64,000 nt of DNA, from NCBI GenBank assembly GCA_965113315.1, contig OZ220369.1; one strand, given 5' to 3'. The position numbers and the translations under genes were made by a program. Source of the DNA: Podarcis vaucheri (taxonomy: Eukaryota). This document shows positions 11,563-24,049 of the stretch, piece after piece (within the stretch, counting starts at the first letter, position 1; each line of letters begins with the position of its first letter). The notes beneath the pieces were generated by a model. It made no database searches, was not told where the DNA came from, and worked only from the letters and a program-made list of their open reading frames with translations.

Positions 11563-14481
11563 ATCTATATATTTAGGGATGTAATTCCTTGCTTACCTCC
11601 TGTTATGAAAGTGCACATTTCAGTATGGTAGTTCATAATAATTAAAGGTTCAAGCATTAAACATACGTAAAATCCAAACATTAGGCAGAATTTTGAAAAT
11701 AAAAAGTTCATTGTTGGCTTATCTGCACTTGTGAATCACATATGCAGCTGCCCCTACATTGCTTGGAATATAAATTTGTGTACTTTAAGCTTTCATGATT
11801 CACAGGCTTTGTGACTTTCACTTGCCACTGAGGGCATGTTCTTGCCCTCTGGTGAGTGTCATGAGCCCTGGACTTTTGCCCAAACCTGGACTAGCAGAAT
11901 GGCTGTGAGAATCCACACATTAGTGTGAGAATAGTCCATGGTTGGGAGGAGGATGGGGGCCTTCTTGGCTATTACATTGCCAAAGCATTATGAATCCCTT
12001 AGCAGCATAGCGCTGAACAGATGAGCCCCTGCTATCCTTTTCATAATAGCCCCTGGGAAGTGGTGGTCCAGGAGCTGCACTAGGTATATATGGAGACATT
12101 ATGGAGATAGAAAAGAAAAGCCTCTGTACTCACTTACAAGTGAGTAAATATACTTGTTTGCATGACTCCTGTATTCATTTCAACCTGGAAAGATTTGAGC
12201 AAAGTGTGTCTAAAAGTACAGCAAATGTAGAGCAAATGTTAGACAGTAAGACCAGTTGCCAAGACAGGGTTGTGAAATTGGAAGTTTTTAAGACCTGGCT
12301 AGACATTTGTCCACTAGGGATGTCTTTATGATAGCTCAATACATCCAGGCATGTTGCCGGGAGGTTGCCTAAGGGTGAGGCAATAAGGCAAGTCAAATAG
12401 CTGTAAAGGCCCTCAGCAAAAGGCATAGAAATAAAAACTGCATTTATTCCAGAGTCCAGACATGTTTTGGCAACTGTAATTCTGAAACTACCAGTCCGTA
12501 GTAACACCATATTCTTCATTGTGTACAGATACATACATCTGCATGCCTGTCAAGAACATCAACCTATGCCCTTAAAGCAGAATAATTCAAATGCAAATTT
12601 GCCAATATCCAAAGACTTCAAGACTGTCTTGCAACATAATCTTCTGTATATCTATTCAGAAGTAAGGTTCATTGAGCAAAATAGTACTCTCATCCAAGTG
12701 TTTGATGGATTGCACAGCATTTTTTGCTTTTTCTGCTAAATTAGTTACTTGATGGACATCTAATTGTTTGTGTATGTGTGCTGACACATACATACATAGA
12801 TGAATATGAATAGTAACAGTGATCTGTTAAATTAAGAATTCTAAAGTATTGGAAAAGGAGAGAGATGTCCAATAGGGCTGTGCAAAACAATATTTGTTGC
12901 AATATCTGAAAAGTGAGTACAGAACCCTAGTCTCGAAATACATTTGGAGTAAAGACTATAGTATCCCTGTACTGCTATGATCTTTTGTAGGCTGTAGTAT
13001 TGGACACTCCTTCCCTCTGTAATGCAACTTTTGCTGCTGAGTACACAGCACACCAAATACAAGCAGATCTGGCTTACCAAACACAATGCATTCCCTGGGA
13101 ATCATTAGGCGAATGTTTGCATTAAGAAGTCCACAATTTCCATTATTTGTTATGGAAATATTTCTAATGTGGGATAGGTCCGATATCTTTTCACTCCCTC
13201 TTTCCATGACTGCTGCTGACCAGCAAAGCACAAATAAACAAGAAAGTTGGCTGTTTGGATATGTGAATCTGCAAAATGTATAGCAAAGTTTGGGTGTAAT
13301 TCTTTATGTGTGGATAAGTGAATTTTCAGAAAGCGAGCATTCAGATAGCGGGACCTGCATGTACAATATTCCTGTACAAGGTACAGAAGATGGGGACTTT
13401 TTACTATTTGATTCCCTGTTGTTGTTTTAAATAAATCAGGGAGACTTAGGATTTCAAATAATTTAAATAACTTAAAATAGTAGAACACTTGCTGTGCTGG
13501 AAGGTTGTTGTCATCCTGGACTGTGTCCTGTTTTTAAAAGGCTCCACGACTATTTGACACCTTTGTGTGGCATAGTGCAGGAGTGCTCAGACTGAAGAAT
13601 TTTAAAAATACAACACACCATCATTGTCTGTCACACTTGCACAACCACATTCCCTAGAAGAGTTGTCTGGCTGGATCAGGCTACAAGTCCATCTAGTTCA
13701 GCATCTTGGTTCTGGGAAGCAGGACAGTAGCCCTTCTGCATTCTTAACCCCTAGCAATTAGTATTCAAAAACACAGTGCCTTTGAAGCTCCTGGTCTAGT
13801 AGTCATTGATAGGCTTGGCCTCTGTCAGATCTCCTTTTAAAGACATCTAAGCTAGTCGCCAATGTAGCGTGGCTGGCAGTTTTGCCTGTAATGCCAGAAT
13901 TTTTTTTATAACACTGGTCTACAGGATGTGCATTGGAATTCACAACTGGCTTACAGTTCAAACAGTGGCATGTATTTGAGAAACATTAAAGTTATTGAGC
14001 TACTGCATGTTGAACTTGGGTCACAAGTCTAACAAAGTTGAAGATTTTTGGTAGAGGGTGTAGTCTGTGCAACTTTCCTACACAAGAAACTGGGCTGTTC
14101 AGGACCCACTTCGGGAAACTCATTCTTTCTTTATTTTTTATCAGATCTGTTTTTGTTTCCATTTGAACTGGTTTGGGGTTTTTTTGAATGAGGAATAACC
14201 CCCCAATTTGCTTCATTTAAGGTGAAATTTGATGATAAAGGGTTCCAGGGGACATCACATATCCCTAAGTTGATTTTTGTAAAAAAAATCAAAATCAAGA
14301 TCAAGGCATTGAGGTTGGCTCATGGTTGGTGATTGGCATACTGGAGTTGGGAAAGGATGCAACTTATTTGCATGAAGAATCCCCTATGTGTTTTTTCTAT
14401 GCAGTCTTCTAATGCAGATGACAAAGGCAATTCTATGGGTGTGCCATTGGAAATTTCCCAACACTTTCTTTTTCATTCTAG

Positions 14482-14591
14482 GTTTAACTTGTGATTGATC
14501 CACGTGAAGATTTAAGAAACATCCTGGCAATATAGAACACCTTACTTTCTCTAATAAATCATACTGTGGGTTTAAAGAAGAGCCTGTCCAA
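14482..14591 (+). other. CEBPG: CEBPG exon 2, 5'UTR part
   Basis: Strong acceptor ctttctttttcattctag|G with AG at 14480-14481; no upstream ATG before 14592. Confidence 0.8.
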
Positions 14592-15044
14592 ATGAGCAAG
14601 ACATCACAGCAGAACACAACTGCAGAAAGCAACGGAGTAAGTGTCATTTACACCCAAGCACAAGCGAGTGGGTTGCAGCAGGTTCCTCAGTTGGTGCCTA
14701 TTAGTCCTGGAGGTGGAGGCAAAGCTACGCCTCCCAGTAAGCAGGGCAAGAAGAATTCCACAATTGATAGAAACAGTGATGAGTACCGCCAGCGCAGGGA
14801 GCGCAACAACATGGCGGTGAAAAAGAGTCGTTTGAAAAGCAAGCAGAAGGCCCAGGATACTCTGCAGAGGGTCAACCAGCTCAAAGAGGAGAATGAACGC
14901 TTGGAGGCTAAAATCAAGCTCCTGACAAAGGAACTGAGTGTACTCAAAGACTTGTTTCTTGAACACGCTCACAACTTCACAGACAGTGTGCAACCTCTTG
15001 GCACAGAAAACACTGCCACAAATTCAGATGGCTCTGGACAATAG
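14592..15044 (+). CDS. CEBPG: CCAAT/enhancer-binding protein gamma (bZIP transcription factor, 150 aa)
   Basis: MSKTSQQN...SGLQQVPQLVP...DRNSDEYRQRRERNNMAVKKSRLKSKQKAQDTLQRVNQLKEENERLEAKIKLLTKELSVLKDLFLEHAHN: C/EBP basic region plus leucine zipper, same length as human C/EBPgamma, no transactivation domain; adjacent to PEPD. Confidence 0.99.
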   Translation: MSKTSQQNTTAESNGVSVIYTQAQASGLQQVPQLVPISPGGGGKATPPSKQGKKNSTIDRNSDEYRQRRERNNMAVKKSRLKSKQKAQDTLQRVNQLKEENERLEAKIKLLTKELSVLKDLFLEHAHNFTDSVQPLGTENTATNSDGSGQ

Positions 15045-17058
15045 GTGCTCTTTCTCAGCTCATGGGCAGAACAGTATGGACACAGCCCTCCTTAGACAAG
15101 CCAGGTGCAGCAGCAGAGAAACTTCTCTAAACTTTGTAACATCTGTCATTTTGTGGCTTGTTCTGTTTTTCTAAATAGTAGGCTTAACACTGAAAGGTTG
15201 TTTCAAGTAAACTGCAAACTGTTTATTACTAAGTATTTGTTTTTCATTACGTGTTAATGTATTTTCTGCTCTGGCATTTTTGACTAAATGAAATGATAAA
15301 AATGAACAAACACCCCAAAAATTTACATCAGTAAACATTGGCCCGCAGTACTTGGGCAACTATAATTAAATGATTAGTTGTTTAATGTATTCTGAGTGGT
15401 TTAAATTGTGCTGATTAATTGGGCTGCAGTTCTTAAATGTTTTTAGTATAACAACTTTCAGAAATCTTGTTTGAAATGGCAGGTGACACATAAGGGTCAT
15501 CCCCTCTCCTGCACTCCACTTTTGCAGGAAGGAAGCCTCTTTCTGAGGTGGTGCCTGCTACAGTCATAATCTGAAGTATGGACAATCTAAAGAGTGTTGA
15601 TATGCAGAATCATAGAGATTTACAACTGTTATTAAGTTGTGATTTGTGATTAAATCAACACAGGTTTTTTTCAGCAGGGTCACTGAAACAATCAAATACC
15701 AAGTCTAGAAATTGACTATTTTAAAATGATTGGTGCAAAAGCTGGTTTAAAGCATATTTATTTCTTCATTGCTTATTTTTTGTGGTGTGAGGTTCACTGA
15801 AGCAACCTGTTTTTGATTGTCAGGGTGGGATGTTTCAAACATGTAGCATAAAGCCTTGCTGGATACAGCTCCCATAGTCTTATGGGTTATGTTCAGTAAC
15901 AGTGCCTCAGAAACAGTAAGGCTTGCTAAGGCTCAGATGATGACCACATTTTGTAGGCTTGTCAGGCATTATTAGTCTGTGGTCTGAATGCAGGTCCAAG
16001 CCTCTCCCTAACATTGCCACCAACAGTGGGAGTGAAGTAGCATTGCCTAGCTGCAAGCTGATCACCATTTTAATCGCCTACAATGCCCTGACAGTGTCAG
16101 CCTTTCTGGCATTGTGAGAAATCTTGTCCCTCCATATAAGTCTTTGGCTGAGAGGACCAGAGCAGCTGTCAGCATTGTCGAGGCCAAGGTAGCTGGTAGT
16201 GCCAGTGGGCTTGAAGAGTTCTGTCAGCCTTAGGAGTGGATTTCAAGATCACTCTCTTCAGTTCCCATCACTGTGTGTAGAAGGGAATGACTTCACATGG
16301 AAATGGTGTATATTTAAATATGGATTGCCCTGTCTGAGGTTTGCAGCTGATGACAATGTAGGAGCTTAGGGCCTGACAAGTATTGTGGCTCGCAGCCCCT
16401 TTTGTGACAAATGGCAATGAATGGTAAGTGCAGGAGACTGGTTTGTGATAAAGGGTTGTGCAGAAGGAGGGCCATTCAAAAACTAAATGAGATGGGCATT
16501 TCAAACCCCCTGACCTCCTTTATCCAGGGACTTCTACATCCTAATACTCGAACTGCACTGCTGTCAAGATGCAAGGGAGCTTCATACTAATTAACTGGGG
16601 CTGAAAGAAACATGAAGCACTGGCCTTTGATACAAGGTTAGTTGACCTGGCTGTTCACTGCCCTGTGACCCAAATTAGTTGGTTATTCTGCAGCCAGGAC
16701 TTTTTCAAAAAACAAGCCTTGTAACAGGGTCCACAAAATTAATTCCTTGCTTATTGGCATTCCTTTGAGGGTGGGTGGGTGGGTGGAGAACCTTAGTTTT
16801 TTATATATACTTTTCCAATGCTGGTGATAAGCCCCCTTATTTTATCTTTGTGGTGTATAGGAAACTTAACACATTAAAAAGAGCAGGGAAGTTGATATAA
16901 CCTTTAATTTATTTTCCCTCAACTATTTTCATTCATAGTATGTTTGCATATTGGATTAGCAAAAAATACTTTTATACTTCCCCTTCCTTTGCAGTCATTG
17001 TGTTGTACATGTATTTAGAAAGACTGAGTCAAGAACTCAGTGATGATAGACAAGAATA

Positions 17059-17064
17059 ATTAAA
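17059..17064 (+). terminator. CEBPG: Probable proximal CEBPG polyadenylation signal (ATTAAA)
   Basis: Upstream TGTA motifs (ttgtacatgta near 17003-17013) and a GU/U-rich element (gtgtgtactttt) about 25 nt downstream. Confidence 0.55.
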
Positions 17065-18053
17065 AAAAAACTTTACAAAATCATGCTCGTGTGTACTTTT
17101 GGAAATTTCTCTTGAAAGGGCTAATCACAGAAGGCCAAGTAAAGTAGCTGGTGGGGAAGATTAAGTGCTTGATGGAGCAGGGAGGGGAGCAGGTTAGCAG
17201 ATTACTTTCTTGGTCTTACTAGAAATCTTGTTCAGTATGCATGAGCCGCTACTTACAAGATCAAAAGCTAGGAGAACACAATATCTGTCTAGAAGCAAAC
17301 AGAGCAGGTCCATGCCTCATCTTTTTCTTCACATATACATGACATAGAAAGGAGCTCTCACTTTGGAAGCCAGTGTAGTGTAAAATGGACAGAATGCTGC
17401 ATTTTGGAGTCCTGTTTGGCTAGGAAGCTGATTGGGTGGCTGTGAGCAAGTTGTTGCTTAGCTTATTACTAAGGGTTGTGCCACACTCCACACTAACCCC
17501 ACCCCAGAGCTTCCCCTTCCCAGCCCATACAACTACTAAACATGCTTTTCACCTTTCACCAAATTTTCAGATGCCCCTTGTCTTCTGTAGCCTTGCTTTG
17601 TACCGTTTTCACCTTGATTCCAAGTTTCCTTCCTCTGCTTTTGTCAACTTCCCCATGTACAGAAGCTAACACCAAAAAGCCTTTCCTAACACCCCTCTAG
17701 CTGTACTCTAACCTTGCTTTAATCTGCCACTCTCCCTACCCACTCCGCCATTAAAAAAAATAATCACCACTTTCTCCCTGTTTTTACCCCATCCCTGCTT
17801 TATTCAAATTTCTGTTTAAAAATTGTAGTTTAAAACTACAATTTTCCTTTGAGGTCTTGCAACCTGCCTTCTCTTTCCTCTCCTCCCTTCATGCAAATCC
17901 AGGATTGTAATGGGGCACTACATATCCTCCAATAGGGGATGCGTATTGACGCCTTTACATTTTTATGTATATGGGAAGATAAATTATCTTAAGCATTATG
18001 TTTCAGGAGACATATACATATAACCATATTCTGAATCAAAAACGTCTTTATGA

Positions 18054-18072
18054 AATAAAATGCTGCAATAAA
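18054..18072 (+). terminator. CEBPG: Possible distal CEBPG polyadenylation signals (two AATAAA)
   Basis: AATAAA at 18054-18059 and 18067-18072, followed by ctgtgtgatt. Confidence 0.4.
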
Positions 18073-19163
18073 AAGGACACCTGTGTGATTAAATAACATT
18101 ACAACTGAGTGAAGGAGCAATTCCTATAAACCAAAGTGTTGACAGGGTGCTAAACTCTCCCTCGCTGATGCTTGGGCTGATGGAACAGAATGACGTAAGT
18201 TCATGCTGAACTGTGAAATCAGGCTAGCTAGAGGCTGCACTCATGACTTCATGTACCTGGGAGTAAGCCTCATTAAATTCAGCAGGACAACTTCTGAGTA
18301 CAGTACACATGGTGAGACTTGCTGCCATGGGTGGCTTGCAATGGGTTAGCTGCCACTTCATTAACTTTATCATTAAGCTGTGACAAGACTCTGCTTTTGC
18401 TACTAAAGTCCAGCAGGGCTACCCCTCTGGAAATTAATTTAACTTTGAAAGGGAACACACTGGGAAGGTAATGGATGTGTAAACATCTGTTGATGGCTGA
18501 AATATGTATGTCTGTTGTGCACTGTGAAATACTGTATATTTCTGCATCAGTGGAGGAAAAGCTGAAGAAACTTGTGCAAAATAAACCAACTGCAGCAGAA
18601 CCAAAAATGAGGCAGGTTCCTACATCCCTAACTGATGTCCTGCTCTTTTTCTCTTGTAGGATGAGGGGTGGGACAGCAATTTGGGAGATAAAGTGGTTTT
18701 CTACCTGCAATTCCCTGTTGCAGTAATGAGTGCAGGGCTACACACTTCTTAGCTAAGGAGAGGAAAAGATGTGTTTTTTGGAGGTGGATATTGGTGGAGA
18801 TGACCTCTGCTTAAGTCTTGCTTCCTGCTAACCATGAAGGGCTAGCCTTTTTTTGGGGGGGGGTGAGTTACCAGAGGAAGTGTTCCCCAAAATTTAAAGA
18901 CTAAAAAATTTCAAAATTTAAAGGCCCCACCTTGGACCCTCCAAAGAAGAGGCCTACAAAGGTTGCTGTTGATAGGTCTATATTAGCTCCAATGTGTTCA
19001 GTGTTAGGGGACCACAGATGGTGTAATTAACTTGCCCCAGAACAGCAAATATTGATCTTAAGAGGAATAACTGGGGAAAAAATAGTTGGCAGCCCAGCCT
19101 TCCACAGTACTGGAAAGAGAATTCCAGAGAAAGAAATGGAAGTAGTGGTTTTAAGGCAAAGTT

Positions 19164-19181
19164 TTTATTTCTGCATTTATT
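19164..19181 (-). terminator. PEPD: PEPD polyadenylation signals (tandem AATAAA)
   Basis: TTTATT on + at 19164-19169 and 19176-19181, about 580 nt after the PEPD stop codon. Confidence 0.7.
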
Positions 19182-19211
19182 AGGCCAATAGTACATTATA
19201 TTAGGCCAATA

Positions 19212-19421
19212 CAGTCATACCTTGGGTTGAAGTAGCTTCGGGTTGTGCTCCGCGGCGACCCAGAAGTAACAGAGCGCGTTACTTCCGAGTTTTGCTGCTC
19301 GTGCAAAATGATGTCATGTGCGGAAGAGGCGACTTGCAAATGTGCAGGCGTGGGTTGTGTTCATTTCAGGATGCGAATGGGGCTCCAGGACGGATCCCGT
19401 TCGCATCCAGAGATACCACTG
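19212..19421. mobile_element. Tc1/mariner MITE within the predicted PEPD 3'UTR
   Basis: Ends cagtcataccttgggttg / catccagagataccactg; TA TSD at 19210-19211 and 19422-19423; related to the CAGTGGTACCTCGG family. Confidence 0.75.
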
Positions 19422-19754
19422 TATCTGCCTTAAATCAGAAGAGAAATTTGTCATCTGTTTAAAAATTAGCTTTAAGATTACAAAGTCTCCCAAACAGGGG
19501 CTATGTCCATCATTCAAAAAGATTCTTTGAATCAGTAGGGTTGGACTGCTTGCAGAGAAGCAAGAAACTGTTAGGCTAAGGCTATGATCAGCTTAAGGCA
19601 TTGTTGCTTACAATATTTTTTCATCTGGTACGTGATGAAGGGCTTTTCCCTTTGCCATAAAGTGGCTGCTTTACCCCACTGGAGCACCTGCAAAACTGGA
19701 CACATTTCCTTAGATGCTACAGTGCCAGCAAGAGGGGAACCAATATCCTAGCGG

Positions 19755-19895
19755 TTACACGGAGGCGGAAGCAAAGGACTTGGTGACCCCATGAGCTTCA
19801 GCCATAAATGATTCAATCTCCTCCACAGTCCGGGGGACGCAGGTCAGCAGCTCCATCCCATTAGCTGTCACGGCAATGTCGTCCTCAATTCGTAC
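19755..19895 (-). CDS. PEPD: Prolidase (Xaa-Pro dipeptidase) exon 15, last coding exon: [46 protein letters not shown]
   Basis: Acceptor tttttgcccccag|GTA; contains the RIEDD metal-ligand Glu (human E452); TAA at 19755-19757. Absent from the supplied ORF track. Confidence 0.97.
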   Translation of the reverse strand, partial: VRIEDDIAVTANGMELLTCVPRTVEEIESFMAEAHGVTKSFASASV

Positions 19896-22016
19896 CTGGG
19901 GGCAAAAAAGCATCTGGTTGAGCACTCAGGAAGAAGGGAGCAATGGCCTGGCTTGCATGAGGCCCACCCAATTGGAGAGGATGACTTTGGGAGCTCAAAA
20001 CAACTACAGAGCTATAGATTCCCCTTCCCTTTCTAAGCCACCATAAAATGCATGTAACATTCTGGACATGCTTTTCTTTCCAAGGTAAGAGCCCACATTG
20101 AGGAACTGGAGCCTATGCCCCCTTCTCAGGTAGTTCAATACTGTTGATCATCTGGGGAGAGAGAGCCGTATTCAGTCCCTCCAGCTGCCACAATGAAATC
20201 AATTGGATATGTCAGCTCACAGTCCTTTGCTCCCTCTCACTTGTGCACCTGTTTCTTCCAAACGGGTCACGGCACAAGCATTTTGTGCCTCTCACATCAG
20301 CCAGGGAGGAAAGGGGTATGTGGCAGCATGGCTTATCTAATGTGCTGGCATGGAGGTGCAACGCTGAACAAAACCCCTGAGAGCCGAATGTGGGAAGACT
20401 TGCTGCGGCTCTGGCAAAACCTACATAGGACAGAAGACCCCTCCCACTTCGCCTCCATAAACTGCTCAACATGGGCACATCCTCCTCACACCATCTCCCA
20501 CCCCCCAGCCAGATCCAGCACACTCCCTCTTTGCAGACCGTTACTCAAGAATCCAGATCTTCATCTTGTTCTGCTTCACTGCAGATTTGTGAAGCTCTGT
20601 TCACCAATTTAATGCTCTCTGACTGTCTCTCTCTTTTTTTTAAAAAATGAACCATGACAGCGGATGCCTTACAGCTGATAGTGTTACCAAGAACTTTGAA
20701 ACCTTTCCCATTTTCACTGGGTGCGCATGAAAAGGCCGGACCATTTTCTGTTCTGTTCTAATCTTCTCTGCCAGTTAAATATGCAGACTCAAGTCATTAT
20801 CCCTTATCTTATCAGAAAGAAAGGTAAGTCTCCAAGCTGCAATAAAAGCAATTTTAGCAAGGTGTCAAATCCAAAGGAACACAAAACCCAGTGACTCCCA
20901 CCATACAAGCGCTTTAATTGTTTCTGACCTCTGGGCATTTTAATCTAAAAATAATGCTAGTTTAACATTTGTCCTTCTGCTTGCAAAATAATCCATTTGT
21001 TCAAACAGAGCGAGTCATCGAGCCCTATTAAAGCATTCAAAGAGGTATTTGCCAGATTATCTTCTTTATTTGACATTAATTTAAGTGTATTACAGAACTG
21101 AATTAAATAAACTTTCCAGAATTCACACCCAGGAGGGTGACAGCTGTCTGGTTTCCTCTACGTTTCCTGCTCAAAACCTTCCTGAAAGAGACATATTCAT
21201 TGCCCCAAAGAGAAGAGAATTTCTCAAGGCTTGCTTCTTCTGATAGCACAATGGCAACAGGCAAGCCACAAAAGTAGCCATATTTAATAGGACTGTTTCG
21301 GCTGATGTGAACTGCTATGTCCCATGGAAGAAATGATTGCCTGCAGACACAAAACTTGGGGTTGACTGCAATCCTCTTAGAAAACACGCACTGTGGACAG
21401 ATTTGCACCTGTGAAAAATGTCTTACACCTGCAAAATCGCACAAATGCAGTTTCAAAATTGTAGAAATTTACGTAGAAGCAAGAGTTGGTGGGGCTGACT
21501 TTTTTTTTTAAATTAAACTCTTAACTGCAATTTATTGCAAGCATTTTAACACAAGTGAATCCCCAAGAAAACTATAAAGGCACAGGTTACAGGCCCTGTC
21601 ATGGGTTATATAGTTCTGTTAGGTATCTTGCCTCTTATTTTTAAGGCACATCCCTCAAACAACTCCTGGCTGCCTCTGCTCACGAGCCCAATGACCTAAG
21701 CAGCTTCAGGGAGAAGCCAGAGATTATGTGAGCATCCTTACTCTTCCAGAGCTAGTGTGCCAAGAGGACCTTGCCTGTTAAGCAAGTAAGAGAGGTTTCC
21801 TGCTGGGGAAACCCTGCACGCAATTTCAACCAGCCGGCCTTCAGCTGCTCAAGTTAAAGCTGTGGAAGATGCAATCAAGCCACGCTCGCTCCTATCAACC
21901 GCAGTGATGCAGCTATGCGCAGCCCAAGAGGTGCACCTCCGGTGTTCCAGGCTCACAGCCTGCTGGGGGCTCCCTGACCTCTCCCGCTGCAACATGGCTT
22001 CTTGGAGCACCAATAA

Positions 22017-22018
<2 letters not shown>

Positions 22019-22067
<49 letters not shown>

Positions 22068-22388
22068 TTATTTATACCCCACCCATCTGGCTGGGTTTCC
22101 CCAGCCACTCTGGGCGGCTTCCAGCAGAACACTAAAATACAGTAACCTATTAAACATTAAAAGCTTCCCTAAACAGGGCTGCCTTCAGATGTCTTCTAAA
22201 AGTCTGGTAGTTATTTTTCTCTTTGACATCTGGTGGGAGGGCGTTCCACAGGGAGGGCGCCACTACCGAGAAGGCCCTCTGCCTGGTTCCCTGTAACTTG
22301 GCTTCTCGCAGCGAGGGAACCAGCAGAAGGCCCTCGGCACTGGACCTCAGTGTCTGGGCAGAATGATAGAGGTGGAGACGCTCCTTCA
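22019..22388 (-). mobile_element. L2 LINE 3' end with (TAT)n tail, relatively young
   Basis: ORF 22150..22455 ends ...TLRSSAEGLLLVPSLREAKLQGTRQRAFSVVAPSLWNALPPDVK...FRRHLKAALFREAF, an L2 ORF2 C-terminus; (ATA)n at 22019-22067. Confidence 0.85.
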
Positions 22389-23850
22389 ATATCCTTGGGC
22401 CAGCCCTCCTCCCAGCCTCCCATGCCCCACAGCAAGCCCCCACCTCTTCCTCCATGCCTTCACACCAGGCCTCTCACCCTTCAGGCTGACGCTGCAGAAT
22501 TAACTGGTACTGGTACGTCAAAAGTTGCATTTAAAAAAGAGAGGAGGGTGTCAGGCCCTCGGATCCTGGCTGGCCTGCATGCACTGATAAAGAAAGAACA
22601 GTGCAAAGCAAAGATGACCTCTCCAACCCAGCGGGGGGAGAGAATCCAGCAGCAGAAGGTAAAGTCCCACACGGCTTGATAAGATTGTATGCTCTGCACA
22701 CAGGGCTTACAAAGCGCTGAGGCCAAAGCCAGGACCGAGTGACTCAGAGAGCTGGCTGTTAAGGGAACAAGGGAGCTTCGGTGTACAAAGGTAGCAAGAA
22801 GAACTCAGCTTCAGCAAAGGGGCCTGAATTCTCCATTTCCTTTGACGGGGTGAAATCATTGGGGGGGGGGAGGGGGAATTCAAGCAGGGGGAACACTTTC
22901 CTTCTCTGTGGGCTCATTTATTGCAGGTCCACCCCATTCCTGCAATGCTACATTCTGCTCCCAGGTAGTATCAAGGCTGCACAAAATGAGGAAAGGGATC
23001 TTCCATTCTGAATATAATTGAGTACCAACTCTTGGATGTTTCCCACAGTTTGGCAGAAATCGCTGAATTCCTTCAGAAAATGGGTCCAGTTCCAAGTACC
23101 AGTCATAGTACCCTTCATTGATTAGCATCATGGGCAACTTGAAAGTTCATCCATCTCCACATGGGCCTCCTTGTACGTATATTTTCACAGTGGAGGGTCT
23201 CCTTTGGCTGACCCTGTAACCTAAGGTGAAGGAAGGTGTGGCTAACTGGTTTGTGGGGGAGGCTCCCACATTCCCCCTCCCCAGGACTGCCATTGGGGGG
23301 GGGGTCTGTGGTCTGGATGACTCCCCCCTCATACTGATGTGTTTTCTTTTTTCACTCCCCTTCCATGGTTGCTAACCATGCAATTAAAGTAAAATTTACT
23401 TTGAACCTTAATTGCAGTAGAAACTCTGCTATTTGGGACACAATGGGCCAAAGGCACCTTATCCATGAAACTGGTGCCCGTGATGTTGAAATCTCCTGCT
23501 ATGGGAGGCCTAGGAATGAGAGATTCTGCTACAACAGTTGCTTGTGTCAGGAGGAAAACATACTGAGTAACTGATCCATTCAGATGCCCAGCAAAGCCCA
23601 GTGGCTAAGAAGCTGAGCTATGAATCCAGACACCCCTGGTTCAAATCTCAGACACACATTTTTGAAAACCCACTTTCTGTCTCACGTTCCCTGTCTTTGA
23701 TGTGGGTGCAACAGAAGCCGAAGGATTAGCTTGAAGGACTCCTGTAAGCTTTGCACAGCACCTAAGGCTGCAAGTTCTCTCTCCACACGAGGCAAGACAT
23801 CCAGTGGCAGAGATCTCTGCCCTAAGAGACGCTAAACGCAAGTGACTCAC

Positions 23851-24042
23851 CCCTCCAAAACCCCGAAAGCGCGACAGAACTTCGTTATTGATGAAGCAAG
23901 CCTGGGCAGGGTCAGCCAGGGCCTGGTCCAAGAGGCGGTCGATGAAGTAGATGCCAGGCTCCACCGTCAGCACCATGCCTTGGACAAGGAGGCGGGCAGT
24001 TCGCAGGCTCCGCAGCCCTGGAAGGTCAATGCGTTCCACACC
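23851..24042 (-). CDS. PEPD: Prolidase exon 14 (192 nt): [64 protein letters not shown]
   Basis: cttttccag|GGT ... GGG|gtgagt; phase 0/0; contains R398 (LRTAR) and E412 (TVEPG) equivalents. Confidence 0.98.
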
Positions 24043-24049
24043 CTGGAAA

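Noticed and set aside
14553-14558. AATAAA in the CEBPG 5'UTR
   Set aside because: Only about 35 nt before the start codon and without a convincing downstream element; probably chance.
14604-14993. Antisense ORFs over CEBPG
   Set aside because: Shadow frames of the real CDS.
19758-19769. C-terminal SASV as a PDZ-binding motif
   Set aside because: Position -2 is Ala rather than Ser/Thr, and the prolidase tail is divergent anyway.
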